A stretch of DNA of 59,645 nucleotides, the filler included. It is 7 parts of 7 records of this genome, joined end to end, with 100 filler letters (N's around TTAATTAATTAA, not from the genome) between each part and the next. Parts side by side here need not be neighbours in the genome. Positions count along the whole stretch, not along the records: positions 22,560 to 34,077 come from SRR31156797_31766; positions 34,178 to 41,142 come from SRR31156797_31779; positions 41,243 to 53,961 come from SRR31156797_31818; 4 more parts are not named here. One strand, given 5' to 3'. The notes under the pieces are model-generated. The model had not been told where the DNA came from and searched no databases. It saw nothing but the letters and a program-made list of their open reading frames with translations. The position numbers were made by a program, and so were the translations under genes. Of the stretch, positions 31,501-41,447 are shown piece by piece; position 1 is the first letter of the stretch; every line of letters starts with the position of its first letter.

Positions 31501-32673
31501 AATGGAATACTCCGTACTTCCTGGCTGACTATGAGTTTGAGCATTAATACTTGGGTCTGCTGCGTCATATCTGGTAGTAATCTCTACTACATCTCCAGCA
31601 GTAATAACATTACCAGCTTCATCCTTTACCCTGATTGAATATACATGCTCACCAGAATTCGTAACTGTCAAAGTTTCACCCAGTAATTCAACATATGAAC
31701 CACCGTCAATGCTGTATTCATATGTTTCAGGGCTCTGTCCGGATGCAGGATTTCTAGGGTCAAGCTCAATAGTAATAGGCTGATTAGTCCAGTCATTGGC
31801 ACTAACCTGAGGATTATCATCCATAATGGGGATGTCTTTATCAATATTGGAGAGATTAACTACGAAATCATCACTTTGTCTGTTTGCATTATCCACTGCA
31901 TAATATGTATAGTCAACTCCAGATTCAGTAACTGTAAATGCATATGAATCATTTGATGTTACCAAACCAGATGCATTGTATATTCCCTTGACTCCGCTAG
32001 GGTCAGATACGTTTAACGTTACATCAACATTTTGATTAGTCCACTCAGTTGTGCTGTAAGTTGGAGTTATAACCGGATCGCCGTCATCTAGGATTTTTAC
32101 ATCAATATTTGAAAAGACTATGTCATTTGTAGATAGAGTAATGTCAGTCTGGTCATAACGAACTTCTACAATAATAAATTTTGTGTTGGCAGGGATTATA
32201 TCATTAGATAAGAACGAAAATGCTGTACCCGAATTATTTGTTATATTTTGTGTTTCACTGATTAAAGGTACCGAGCTATATGCGCCAGCGAAGTCAGTAC
32301 CACATTTTACATTCATAGTAATATCTACACTGCCTGTGCCAGTAAACTCATCAATAAAAACAGATGTTGATGCTTTAATAGTAATTGGATAATTAGTTAT
32401 TGCAGTAATTAAATCAGAATCCATCAGCTCATAGTACACCATTGCATATGCCTCTGCAGGTGAACTATTGACATTAGGCATCTTTGCACCATAATTACCG
32501 CTTTCCACAGTAGTAGTTGTATTATATGGTGCCCATGTACCTATTTCGGCAATATTCTTTTCGAACTCACTGCTTGCTGGTACATCTCCAGCAAATGCAA
32601 TATCAGCAAGTAATACATTTGCTGATAGTAAAAATAACACAAGTGCGAAGCTCAGTTTCTTCCCCATATTCAT
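22560..32673 (-). CDS. Giant secreted adhesin-like protein with tandem cadherin-like/Ig (tandem-95, Big_9) repeats (3'-partial)
   Basis: Signal peptide; many VNDAP...EDT...DxDxD...YTP...DxFxY units; over 3370 aa, open at contig edge. Confidence 0.92.
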
Positions 32674-33203
32674 TTACCCTACAATCCTATCCCAGAATAG
32701 CCTTTAATTATATATTTTTTTGTTAGTATATTAAACTAATTATATCATATATTGGTATAAATACAAACAATTATGGACTTAGGTTGTCAAAAGTTAATCA
32801 TTTATTCATTTTATAAAAACAAGCAAAAAAAGGTGTTGTTTTTATATATATTTATTGAAATATTTTATACTTTACATCAATCCCACTATATTTCATGCTC
32901 AATTGGCTTTTAATAAAACCTCACATATATATGCGTTAAGATATGGATTACATAGATTTACTACAGTTTACCCTGCATTCATAAATATTATATAACTTTG
33001 CATAATCAGTATTGTTTAATTCTGCCAATGTGTTTTAATAAGATTATTTATATACAACCTTTTACTTAATATTATTCTTCCATAGTAATTTTAATTGATA
33101 TAGTTCTTAAATATTAATACGATGCATAATTAGATAGAATCTGTTAACAGCACATACTATTTCATGCAGAATACTCTGCCATAATATACTCTTTTAACAA
33201 ACA

Positions 33204-33237
33204 AAAAAGGAAGCTGATATAGCTCAACTTCCTTTTT
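33204..33237 (-). terminator. Terminator of rplM-rpsI
   Basis: AAAAAGGAAG/CTTCCTTTTT stem downstream of rpsI. Confidence 0.75.
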
Positions 33238-33256
33238 GAAATAATTCTTCTTCCTA

Positions 33257-33649
33257 TTAACGCTTTGAGAACTGTGGTGCACGACGAGCAGCCTTCAAGC
33301 CGTACTTCTTTCTTTCTACCATACGTGGGTCTCTTGTTAGGAAACCAGCTTTTTTCAACGCAGATCTTAACTCTGGATTAACTTTTAGTAATGCTCTTGC
33401 AACACCGTGTCTAATTGCACCCGCTTGACCTGTATATCCGCCGCCATTAACATTTACTAATACATCGTAATTACCTTCGTTCTTTGTCAGAACCAATGGC
33501 TGGCGTACGATCATCTTTAGTGTTTCAAAACCAAAGTATTCGTCCATATCTTTTTTATTTATAGTAACTTTGCCACTACCAGGAACCAAGCGCACTCTAG
33601 CAGTTGATGTCTTACGTCTGCCTGTTCCCAAATATTGTGTTTGTGCCAT
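33257..33649 (-). CDS. rpsI: 30S ribosomal protein S9
   Basis: [30 protein letters not shown]-terminus. Confidence 0.99.
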   Translation of the reverse strand: MAQTQYLGTGRRKTSTARVRLVPGSGKVTINKKDMDEYFGFETLKMIVRQPLVLTKNEGNYDVLVNVNGGGYTGQAGAIRHGVARALLKVNPELRSALKKAGFLTRDPRMVERKKYGLKAARRAPQFSKR

Positions 33650-33676
33650 TTTAACAATTCCTTTCTGATAAATTTA

Positions 33677-34077
33677 TTATATCTTTATCTCAAGAACTTC
33701 AGGTAATTGTGCTGCATGTGGGTGCTCTTCCCCTGCAAAACAACGCAATTTTTTAATCATTGCTCTACCCAAACGATTCTTTGGTAACATTCTTTGTACT
33801 GCCTTCTGCATAGCTAATTCTGGTTTTTCAGCCATAATCTTTGAATATGGTGTTTCCTTTAATCCGCCAACATATCCAGAGTGATGACGATACATCTTTT
33901 GCTCCAGCTTCTTACCAGTAAGAACAGCGTCCTTACAATTAATTACGATTACATGGTCACCTGTATCTACATGAGTAGTAAAAGTCACCTTATGTTTTCC
34001 GCGCAAAACATGTGCCACTTGAGAAGCAACTCTACCCAGTGGTTTGCCTTTTGCATCTATAATATACCATTTGCGTT
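33677..34077 (-). CDS. rplM: 50S ribosomal protein L13 (5'-partial)
   Basis: [45 protein letters not shown]. Confidence 0.99.
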
Positions 34078-34177
34078 NNNNNNNNNNNNNNNNNNNNNNN
34101 NNNNNNNNNNNNNNNNNNNNNTTAATTAATTAANNNNNNNNNNNNNNNNNNNNNNNNNNNNNNNNNNNNNNNNNNNN
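34078..34177. other. Artificial contig spacer
   Basis: N run with TTAATTAATTAA linker. Confidence 0.99.
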
Positions 34178-34537
34178 ATCGGCGATGTGATAGACAAGAA
34201 CATCATGTCCCTGGCGGTGAAGAAGATCGAACAGGGCCTGGTGTTTTCGGAAGAGGGATTCCATGAGCTGGAGCATCTGATCTATCGGGTGAATCGGAAT
34301 TTCATGATACTCTGCAAGGCCCTCGAGGAGGAGGACATGGAGCAGGTGAAAACGGTTCTTGACCTCCACAAGAAAAAGGAAGAGGAAAAATACAAGCGCC
34401 TGCATATCGAAAGGCTCTCCAGCGGGCAGGAGAAATCCATCGCCACCTCGTCGGTCCATCTGGATCTGATCTCATACTTTTCCAGAATAAATACCCATAT
34501 AGCCTACATCGCCAAAAGACTCAAACTGCTCTATTAG
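34178..34537 (+). CDS. Na+/Pi cotransporter, C-terminal PhoU-like domain (5'-partial)
   Basis: IGDVID, FSEEG, HIERL...SIATSSVHLDLISYFSRINTH. Confidence 0.85.
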   Translation: MGDVIDKNIMSLAVKKIEQGLVFSEEGFHELEHLIYRVNRNFMILCKALEEEDMEQVKTVLDLHKKKEEEKYKRLHIERLSSGQEKSIATSSVHLDLISYFSRINTHIAYIAKRLKLLY

Positions 34538-34578
34538 ACTATACTGGGTTGTCGCTGTATTCGCGGCGGGAGTTCAAA

Positions 34579-35439
34579 ATGATGTTCACGAAACAAAAGA
34601 TCCTGATAGCCCTGGCCGTCTGCCTGCTTCTGCCTCTGTTCCCCTTCCCGTTGAAGGCTCAGGAACGGCAGACCTACCGCTTCGGTTACTCCTCCAGCCA
34701 GAACCCGGAGATCCTGATCCGGCGGATGACCCCCATGATGGCGATCATCTCAGAAGCCCTGGACGCCGAAATAGAGTTCGTCCATAAGAAGACCTTCTCG
34801 GAGATGCAGAAGGCCTACATCAATCAGGAGATAGATTTCGGCATTATCAACGCCTACTCCTTTCTGAGGATCCTCCCCTACGATTCGGTTATCCCCATCG
34901 CGGCCCGGGTCATGGAGGATTCCCGGGAGTACCGCTCTTTCTTCTTTGCCCGGAAAGACAGCGGGATAAACACCATTCAGGATCTGAAGGGAAAGGTCGT
35001 GGCCCTGGGAGACCCCTACTCCACAAGCTCCTACCTGATTCCCCACTACATCTTCAAGAGGGAGGGGCTCCATCCGGATGAGGATTTCGAAAAGACCGTT
35101 ATCATCTCCAAGCAGGATTCCCTGATCCTTTCGGTTATGAACCGTACCGCCGACGCGGGCGTGTCGGCCTCCTTTATATTCAATGAGCAGCCCGAAGCGG
35201 TTCGTTCCTCCCTGAGGGTTTTCAGCCGCTCAGCCCCCTTCCCCCTGGGTCCCTTTATCGCTAACAGGAATCTGGAGGAGGAGGTCATCGACACCCTGAG
35301 AAAGGTTCTCCTGGCCCTCAGGGACAGCGATATCGGCCGGGCGGCCCTGGAGAGCGCGGGGATAGAAGGATTCGAGGAAGTGGACGCGGGCGCCTACCGG
35401 CAGCTCCTGAAGATCAAGGATTCTCTGAATCTGAACTGA
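34579..35439 (+). CDS. PhnD/PtxB-family phosphate/phosphite/phosphonate substrate-binding protein
   Basis: Signal peptide; YRSFFFARKDSGI, LKGKVVALGDPYSTSSYLIP. Confidence 0.88.
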   Translation: MMFTKQKILIALAVCLLLPLFPFPLKAQERQTYRFGYSSSQNPEILIRRMTPMMAIISEALDAEIEFVHKKTFSEMQKAYINQEIDFGIINAYSFLRILPYDSVIPIAARVMEDSREYRSFFFARKDSGINTIQDLKGKVVALGDPYSTSSYLIPHYIFKREGLHPDEDFEKTVIISKQDSLILSVMNRTADAGVSASFIFNEQPEAVRSSLRVFSRSAPFPLGPFIANRNLEEEVIDTLRKVLLALRDSDIGRAALESAGIEGFEEVDAGAYRQLLKIKDSLNLN

Positions 35440-35508
35440 GTCACTCTGTCCGGCGCTCTCCCGATCCCGGGGAAAGGGAAACCGCCGTCAAGGGGGAGAA
35501 CGCTTCCG

Positions 35509-36579
35509 TCAGGTCTTGCGCCTTATAAGCTCGGTTTCGACGACCCTCCTGTCGGGAACGTCTTTTCCGGAAGCGGCCTGCAGAATCATCCTGGCGGCCT
35601 CCCGGCCCAGCTCTTCCAGCCTCTGGTTCACCGTGGTCAGGGGAAAGTACATGGTGGTTTTGTCGGTCATCTCACCGTAGCCGACAAGCTGTACGTCCCT
35701 TCCGGGAAGCAAGCCGTTTTCCGTCAGAGCTCCCACCACCCCTATGGCCTCGTAGTCGTTCGCGCAGAATACCGCGTCGGGAACCTGCCGGTCCTTCAGG
35801 AAGGCGCTTACGGCCTTATAGCCCGAGATGGCGTCGAAGTCGGTATCCAGATAATGGATATCCCTGTCCTCGACCCATCCGGCCCCGGCAGCGGCCTTTT
35901 GTATGCCCTCCAGCTTCTGGCTGGCATTGTACTGGTAGTCCCGGCCCTTCAGAACCAGGAGGGAGCTGCAGTTTTTTTCACCCCTGAGGTAGCGAACCAC
36001 CCCGGCGGTGGACGCGGCATAGTCGTTGAGGACGGCGCAGGCCCCTTCCAGCTCCCACTCCACCGTGACGAAGGGGATCTGACGGGCGGCCCGCCTGCAG
36101 GCGGCCCGGACCTCATCGAAGGCCTCTTCGATAAAGATAACCCCGTCCTGGGCCTTAACGGCCTCCTCAAGGTCCTCCACGGTCTTCCAGTTCCAGACCA
36201 GCTTGTCCGTGTTGAGGCTGTGCATCTTTATCTCTATATCCGTATCGTCCAGAAGCTCGTAGATACCGTTCAGCATCTCCATAAAAAAGTTGAGCCTAAT
36301 GGAAGGCAGGAAAATGTGAACGGCCTTGAGCAGGTTCTCCTTTCGGGGAGAGATAAAGCTGCCCTTTCCGGGAAGACTGTAGATAAGGCCCTCCCCTTTC
36401 AGCTCGTTCAGCACACGCTGCGCCGTAGCCAGGGACACTCCTGTTATCTGGACGATCTCTCTGGCCGAAGGAATGGGTTCGTGTTCTCCAAGCTCCCCCT
36501 GGTTGATGCTCTCCCGGAGCTGCCGGGCGATCTGCTGATAGGGAGGTATGGCGATGGTGCGGTCGATTTTTATCTCCAT
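35509..36579 (-). CDS. GntR-HTH plus LacI-type ligand-binding regulator (AraR-like)
   Basis: YQQIARQLR, PSARE, GKGSF; AVFCANDYEAIG, PLTTVNQ. Confidence 0.9.
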   Translation of the reverse strand: MEIKIDRTIAIPPYQQIARQLRESINQGELGEHEPIPSAREIVQITGVSLATAQRVLNELKGEGLIYSLPGKGSFISPRKENLLKAVHIFLPSIRLNFFMEMLNGIYELLDDTDIEIKMHSLNTDKLVWNWKTVEDLEEAVKAQDGVIFIEEAFDEVRAACRRAARQIPFVTVEWELEGACAVLNDYAASTAGVVRYLRGEKNCSSLLVLKGRDYQYNASQKLEGIQKAAAGAGWVEDRDIHYLDTDFDAISGYKAVSAFLKDRQVPDAVFCANDYEAIGVVGALTENGLLPGRDVQLVGYGEMTDKTTMYFPLTTVNQRLEELGREAARMILQAASGKDVPDRRVVETELIRRKT

Positions 36580-36780
36580 GTGTTCTAAAACACTAAATTA
36601 AATTTCTGACTTTGTCAAACGATGGTGAGCGCCCCAGGGACGGCCGCTCCCGGGAAGAACAGGTAAAGAATGATAAACTTTCAATGAACTTTGAAGGGCA
36701 AAGGGAGATGGAACAGGGATTATAAGATATGATACCCCTCATATTGTTTCGATTATCTATCGATTTTCAGGAGTAAAGCT

Positions 36781-37584
36781 ATGTTAAAAAGAATCATCAG
36801 TCTGGGACTGCTCGCAGTCGTTTTACCCCTCTCACTTTTCGCTGAGGTCGTTCCCCTGCCCTTCAATGAGGCGGTGTTCTTTCTCACGAGAGACCAGAGA
36901 ACCGAGCTGCTTGAGAAGGGAGAACTGACGGAGTTCCATTTCGGTGATTTCGATCCCCTCCTTCTTCCCAAGGTACCCACGGAGGACAAGATCAGGGAGG
37001 CGGCCCTGGGAGGCGGTCTCAACATGGGAATAGAGTGCCTCTTCTACTTTAAGGATTACGATATGGAGGCCTTCCGGCAGGATCCGGAAAAGGCCATGCT
37101 TGAGCTCTACAACGGCATGAGAGAGGTCCGCACCCTCGAGGGAACCCAGTACTACTCGGCCTCCAGAGGCGAGATGAGGGACTTCTTCGTAGAGTCATGG
37201 AGGATTCCTTCTCTGGACGAACCCAAAGAGAAGCTGGACGATCCCCTGGTGGACAGCATTCCCGCCCGCGATGGCTTTCTGATACATCAGAAGGACCTGA
37301 GCTTCGGCAAGTACGAGTCAGAGATGAGCTTCGTTCACAACGATCCGGTTATCTGGTGTCAGATCATCAACCAGACCAGCATGTATTATAAGGGATTCCT
37401 GCGGGTCATCAAGCCCGAAAAGATGCAGATCCATCTGCTTGTGATCCCCACGGACGAGGGCATCCTCTTCTACGGCATTACCGCCGCGGACACCCTGAAC
37501 ATCAAGGCGTTCAAGGAAAAGGCCAACAACTCCTTCTACAACAGGGTGAAGGCCATGTACGCCTGGTACGCCGCCAAATTCTAA
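36781..37584 (+). CDS. Secreted spirochaete-type protein (DUF6675-like)
   Basis: Signal peptide; TLEGTQYYSASR, QKDLSFG and SFYNRVKA motifs. Confidence 0.65.
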   Translation: MLKRIISLGLLAVVLPLSLFAEVVPLPFNEAVFFLTRDQRTELLEKGELTEFHFGDFDPLLLPKVPTEDKIREAALGGGLNMGIECLFYFKDYDMEAFRQDPEKAMLELYNGMREVRTLEGTQYYSASRGEMRDFFVESWRIPSLDEPKEKLDDPLVDSIPARDGFLIHQKDLSFGKYESEMSFVHNDPVIWCQIINQTSMYYKGFLRVIKPEKMQIHLLVIPTDEGILFYGITAADTLNIKAFKEKANNSFYNRVKAMYAWYAAKF

Positions 37585-38951
37585 TCTATGACCGGGAGCC
37601 TGACCTCGAAGCAGGCCCCTCCCAGCTCGGTGTCCACGCAGGACACCGAGCCGCCGTGGTCCTGGGCCATGAACTTCACCGCGGCCAGACCGATTCCCAT
37701 CCCCCGGGTGTTCCGCCCCTTGTCCTTGCGGAAAAACATATCGAAGATAACCTCTCTCTCTTCCGGAGGAATACCCGGCCCTGAGTCTTCCAGCCTCAGC
37801 ACGAGCATGGCGTCCTCCTTGTTCCAGTGTACGCTGAAACGGATCCTGTCCTCTTCCTTGGTGTAGCGGACGGCGTTATCCAGGAGGTTATGGACGGCAC
37901 GGGTCAGCATGCGCTGGCTGCCCTTCAGCTCCAGGGCCTCGGGGATGCGGATATCCGACTCGTAGCGCCTCTGGTTCAGGCTGCACTCCTCTGAAAAAAG
38001 ATGATCCAGCTCGTTGATCCAAGAACTCGTATCCAGAACATCGTCCTCGGTCCAGCCGGACGAGATGCTGCGGATGGCGTAGAGCATTTCGTCGATGCGG
38101 TCCTCCAGCATCCCCGCCTTGCTCAGGGTCTTATTGATGGCGTCGTTGCGCTCTAACTCCTCTTCGATCACACCGTCCCGCATGGCCTCCAGATACATGC
38201 GCATGGAGGTCAGGGGGGTCTTCAGGTCGTGGGTTATGCCCGTGATCATCAGGATTCCCCGGTTCCGGCCGGCCAGAAGCTCCCTGCGCATCTCCTCCCA
38301 GGCCTCGAAAACCCTGTAAAGCTCGTTATGGCAGCGTGACTCGATAGGCGTTTCGAAGTCCCCCAGCTTGATCCTCTGGGAGGCCCGCACCAGAACTTGA
38401 ACATTGCGGTGATGGGAGTTCATGAGGACGGCGCCGAAGGCGAAGGCCATGGAGACCAGGAGGGCCATAAAACCCAGATAAACGGGATTGTAGATCAGAA
38501 GCAGAGGCCCGGGCAGCTTATTGCCCTTGTAGATGCACATGCCGGGATTCCCGTTGTAGGTAAATCCCATAAAGGTTTCATAGTCGCTGGAATGCTCGGA
38601 CAGATAGACCGACCACTCCTCCAGGGACATCCCCTCCGCAACGGTTTTATTGTACTCCTCCACATCCATCAGGAGCTCCTCGGTCAGCTCGGGATAGAGG
38701 ATCTCTCCCGTTCCCATGGTGATGAAGGAGATCCAGTGGGGGACGCTTTCGATATCCCCCCGGACAGCGGCTTTAATGGCCTTGTAAAGGAAGCGTTTGG
38801 ATACGATGCCGTTCTTGTCGACCTCGGTCTGCATAAAGAGAAACTGCAGCACCAGCATGGCGATGCAGAGGGCCAGATTGACGGGGAGTATGATATTGAC
38901 GATCAGAAGCTTCTTGTTGCTGCTGAAATCGTCCGACCTATGATGTCTCAC
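37581..38951 (-). CDS. HAMP-domain sensor histidine kinase
   Basis: Two TM helices, HAMP, THDLKTPLT, NLLDNAVRY, DSGPGIP, GMGIGL. Confidence 0.93.
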   Translation of the reverse strand: MRHHRSDDFSSNKKLLIVNIILPVNLALCIAMLVLQFLFMQTEVDKNGIVSKRFLYKAIKAAVRGDIESVPHWISFITMGTGEILYPELTEELLMDVEEYNKTVAEGMSLEEWSVYLSEHSSDYETFMGFTYNGNPGMCIYKGNKLPGPLLLIYNPVYLGFMALLVSMAFAFGAVLMNSHHRNVQVLVRASQRIKLGDFETPIESRCHNELYRVFEAWEEMRRELLAGRNRGILMITGITHDLKTPLTSMRMYLEAMRDGVIEEELERNDAINKTLSKAGMLEDRIDEMLYAIRSISSGWTEDDVLDTSSWINELDHLFSEECSLNQRRYESDIRIPEALELKGSQRMLTRAVHNLLDNAVRYTKEEDRIRFSVHWNKEDAMLVLRLEDSGPGIPPEEREVIFDMFFRKDKGRNTRGMGIGLAAVKFMAQDHGGSVSCVDTELGGACFEVRLPVID

Positions 38952-39636
38952 TATTCCCCCCCTCGAAGTAATAACCGTAACCGTAGCGGGTTCTTATATA
39001 GACAGGTTTGGAGGGATCGTCCTCCAGCTTCTTGCGCAGCCTCTGGATATGGACGGAGACCGTACTCAGATCTCCGAAGTCATTCCCCCATATGGTTTTA
39101 TAAAGGGTATCCTGGGAGAAGGCCTGTCCCTGATGGCGGGTCAGGAAGTCCAGGATCTCCATCTCCCGGGGGGAGAGATTGAGTTTTACGCCGCCCCGCG
39201 AGAGGACCAGGCGCGCCCGGTCCAAAGTCCAGGGGCCGAAACGGAACAGATCGCTCTGAACCTCACCGCTGTTCTCCATCCGCCTGAGGTGGGCCCGGAT
39301 ACGGGCCACCAGGACGCTGGGGCTGAACGGCTTGGTGACGTAGTCGTCGGCGCCGATGCCGAAGCCCATGATCATATCCACGTCCTCCTGGCGGGCGGAA
39401 ACCATGATGACCGGAGTCTTCCCCTTCTCCCTGATCTTCCTCAGGGTTTCGAATCCGTCGATCCCCGGAAGGTTGATGTCCAGAACGATAAGATCGAAGG
39501 AGCCTTCGGCAATATGATCCAGCGCCGCTTCACCCGAATCGGCCCAGGTCGTCTCGACCCCTTCCTTCTTCAGGTAGAGTATCATGACATCGGCAATATC
39601 TTTTTCGTCTTCTACTATAAGAATACTTGCTTTCAC
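38938..39636 (-). CDS. OmpR/PhoB-family response regulator
   Basis: IVEDE, LDINLP, GADDYVTKPF, VHIQRLRKKLE, TRYGYGY. Confidence 0.96.
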   Translation of the reverse strand: MKASILIVEDEKDIADVMILYLKKEGVETTWADSGEAALDHIAEGSFDLIVLDINLPGIDGFETLRKIREKGKTPVIMVSARQEDVDMIMGFGIGADDYVTKPFSPSVLVARIRAHLRRMENSGEVQSDLFRFGPWTLDRARLVLSRGGVKLNLSPREMEILDFLTRHQGQAFSQDTLYKTIWGNDFGDLSTVSVHIQRLRKKLEDDPSKPVYIRTRYGYGYYFEGGNSETS

Positions 39637-39866
39637 TCTTTTGACCCCTTTCAGTCAATTCAATCGTCAATTATAATAGAAATGCGGCATATTTAATACC
39701 AGAAAAGAGTTGTAAACAAATATGAACGGTTTGTTTATCTTCGTTGAACTCTAGTTCATACACAGGCTGCTCTTTTTTTATTAGATTGTATAACGAAAAC
39801 ACAAGGGATATGTGTTTAATGTACTAAGAAAAGCCCCTTATACGGGGAATGCAGTGAGGAGATTAT

Positions 39867-40922
39867 ATGAACAAGTTGAGAATGGCGACACCCCTGCTTC
39901 TCATCATGATGCTGGCAGGATGCCAGAAAGAAACGGTAGCAGAAAAAAACCTTGACGATATCTACAACGAGCAGGGAATCCCCGTAAAGACAAGAGAACT
40001 CGTTCGGGAGGACTTCTCCACATTCCTGAGCTTTACCTCTTCCTTAAAGGGAATCAAGGAGTCTTCCGAGTCCGCCATGGTGGCCGACACGGTGGAAACC
40101 GTTCTCGCCGAGGTCGGTGACTTTGTGGAGAAAGACCAGATCATTGTTCAAGTCCCCAAGAACAATCCCTCCGCCAACTACTACCAGGCCCGCGCCGCCT
40201 ACGTAGCCGCTGAAAAAGCGTTCCGCCGCATAGAAAGCCTCTACCAGAGCAACGGTGTCTCCCGCCAGGATTACGACAACGCCCAGACCGAATACTCTGT
40301 CAGCAAGGCCAACTGGGACAATGTCCGGGATATGGTCGATATCAAGGCCCCCATCGCCGGATACATCACAAGGCTGACCGTTATAGAGAGCGACAACATC
40401 AACCCCGGCGACGTCCTGTTCACCGTATCCAATTACGATCAGCTGACCGCTGTCGTCAAGGTAGCGGACCATGAGATCCGCCACATAGAGAAGGGACAGA
40501 GAGCCTTCGCCAAATGGGAAGACGTCAAGCTGACCGGCCATGTTACCCGTGTGGACCTCTCCCAGGACAGCGAGACCAAGGCCTTCGCCGTGCAGGTGCA
40601 GTTCGACAACAGCGCCCACACCATACCCAGCGGCGTTACGGCGGATATCGACATAGAGACCAGCCTGAATCCCGATTCCATCGTCCTGCACCGCAGGGAG
40701 ATCCTGGAGGACAAGGAAGGGCGCTTCGTCTACCTGGACAAGAACGACAGGGCCGTCCGCAGCAACGTGGAACTGGGAATCCGCCAGGGCATGTACTACC
40801 AGGTCAAGGACGGGCTCAATGCCGGAGACAAGCTGATAACAGAAGGGCTGACCATGGTCCGCAACGACAGCCCCATCCGCAATCAGGGAGATTCGGGCCG
40901 CCTGGTCCTGTCCCAGGACTGA
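39867..40922 (+). CDS. RND efflux periplasmic adaptor (MFP), lipoprotein
   Basis: LAGC lipobox, EVGDFVEKDQ, IKAPIAG, GLNAGDKLITEG. Confidence 0.92.
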   Translation: MNKLRMATPLLLIMMLAGCQKETVAEKNLDDIYNEQGIPVKTRELVREDFSTFLSFTSSLKGIKESSESAMVADTVETVLAEVGDFVEKDQIIVQVPKNNPSANYYQARAAYVAAEKAFRRIESLYQSNGVSRQDYDNAQTEYSVSKANWDNVRDMVDIKAPIAGYITRLTVIESDNINPGDVLFTVSNYDQLTAVVKVADHEIRHIEKGQRAFAKWEDVKLTGHVTRVDLSQDSETKAFAVQVQFDNSAHTIPSGVTADIDIETSLNPDSIVLHRREILEDKEGRFVYLDKNDRAVRSNVELGIRQGMYYQVKDGLNAGDKLITEGLTMVRNDSPIRNQGDSGRLVLSQD

Positions 40923-40953
40923 GACCTGGAATAGAAAGAAATTAAGTATTCAC

Positions 40954-41015
40954 GTTCTACCCCCGCAGCTACTCCTTATAGTGATAATCTCCCGCAGCGG
41001 GGGTGGAACTTTTTT
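40954..41015 (+). terminator. Terminator-like hairpin between MFP and permease genes
   Basis: GTTCTACCCCCGC/GCGGGGGTGGAAC stem, 30-nt loop, T6 tail. Confidence 0.5.
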
Positions 41016-41051
41016 ACAACCGAAACCAAGAATAACTCAGGAGTGAGATAA

Positions 41052-41142
41052 GTGTTTTTAGCAGACCTTTCCATAAAACGGCCGGTTATGATCTCCATGG
41101 TCATGGTCGCCCTGGGACTCTTCGGCTTCCTGGCATACAGGA
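41052..41142 (+). CDS. RND efflux permease (AcrB-like), N-terminal fragment
   Basis: GTG start, MFLADLSIKRPVMISMVMVALGLFGFLAY; absent from ORF track. Confidence 0.88.
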
Positions 41143-41242
41143 NNNNNNNNNNNNNNNNNNNNNNNNNNNNNNNNNNNNNNNNNNNNTTAATTAATTAANN
41201 NNNNNNNNNNNNNNNNNNNNNNNNNNNNNNNNNNNNNNNNNN
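41143..41242. other. Artificial contig spacer
   Basis: N run with TTAATTAATTAA linker. Confidence 0.99.
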
Positions 41243-41320
41243 TCCATCCACATGGGCAAAGCATGTTTCACAGCAGAGGCCGCAGGGCGCAAGAGTTGCC
41301 TTGATTTTTTCATGGTCCAT
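41243..41320 (-). CDS. DUF3795-like Cys-rich protein, N-terminal fragment
   Basis: AAAGGAG RBS; MDHEKIKATLAPCGLCCETCFAHVDG. Confidence 0.75.
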
Positions 41321-41385
41321 ACCGTTTTCTCCTTTCACCAATGGATTTTAATTGATCATACCCTATTGTATTTCAAGAACAAAAG

Positions 41386-41422
41386 TGGCATAAACGACAT
41401 TTTAATAGGTGATATCGACACA
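41386..41422 (-). promoter_or_regulatory. Putative AraC-type site (TGTCG direct repeats, 21-bp period)
   Basis: CGACA at 41395 and 41416, between divergent AraC regulator and DUF3795-like gene. Confidence 0.4.
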
Positions 41423-41447
41423 CGTCCATTATTTGAGGCGGACCTGA

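Noticed and set aside
22634-32726. Ser/Val-rich plus-strand ORFs over the giant gene
   Set aside because: Antisense shadows of Thr/Asp-rich codons.
36671-39727. TAAAC-N-ATGAAC repeats at about 36674 and 39713 as OmpR boxes
   Set aside because: Short, spacing differs by 1 nt, only two instances.
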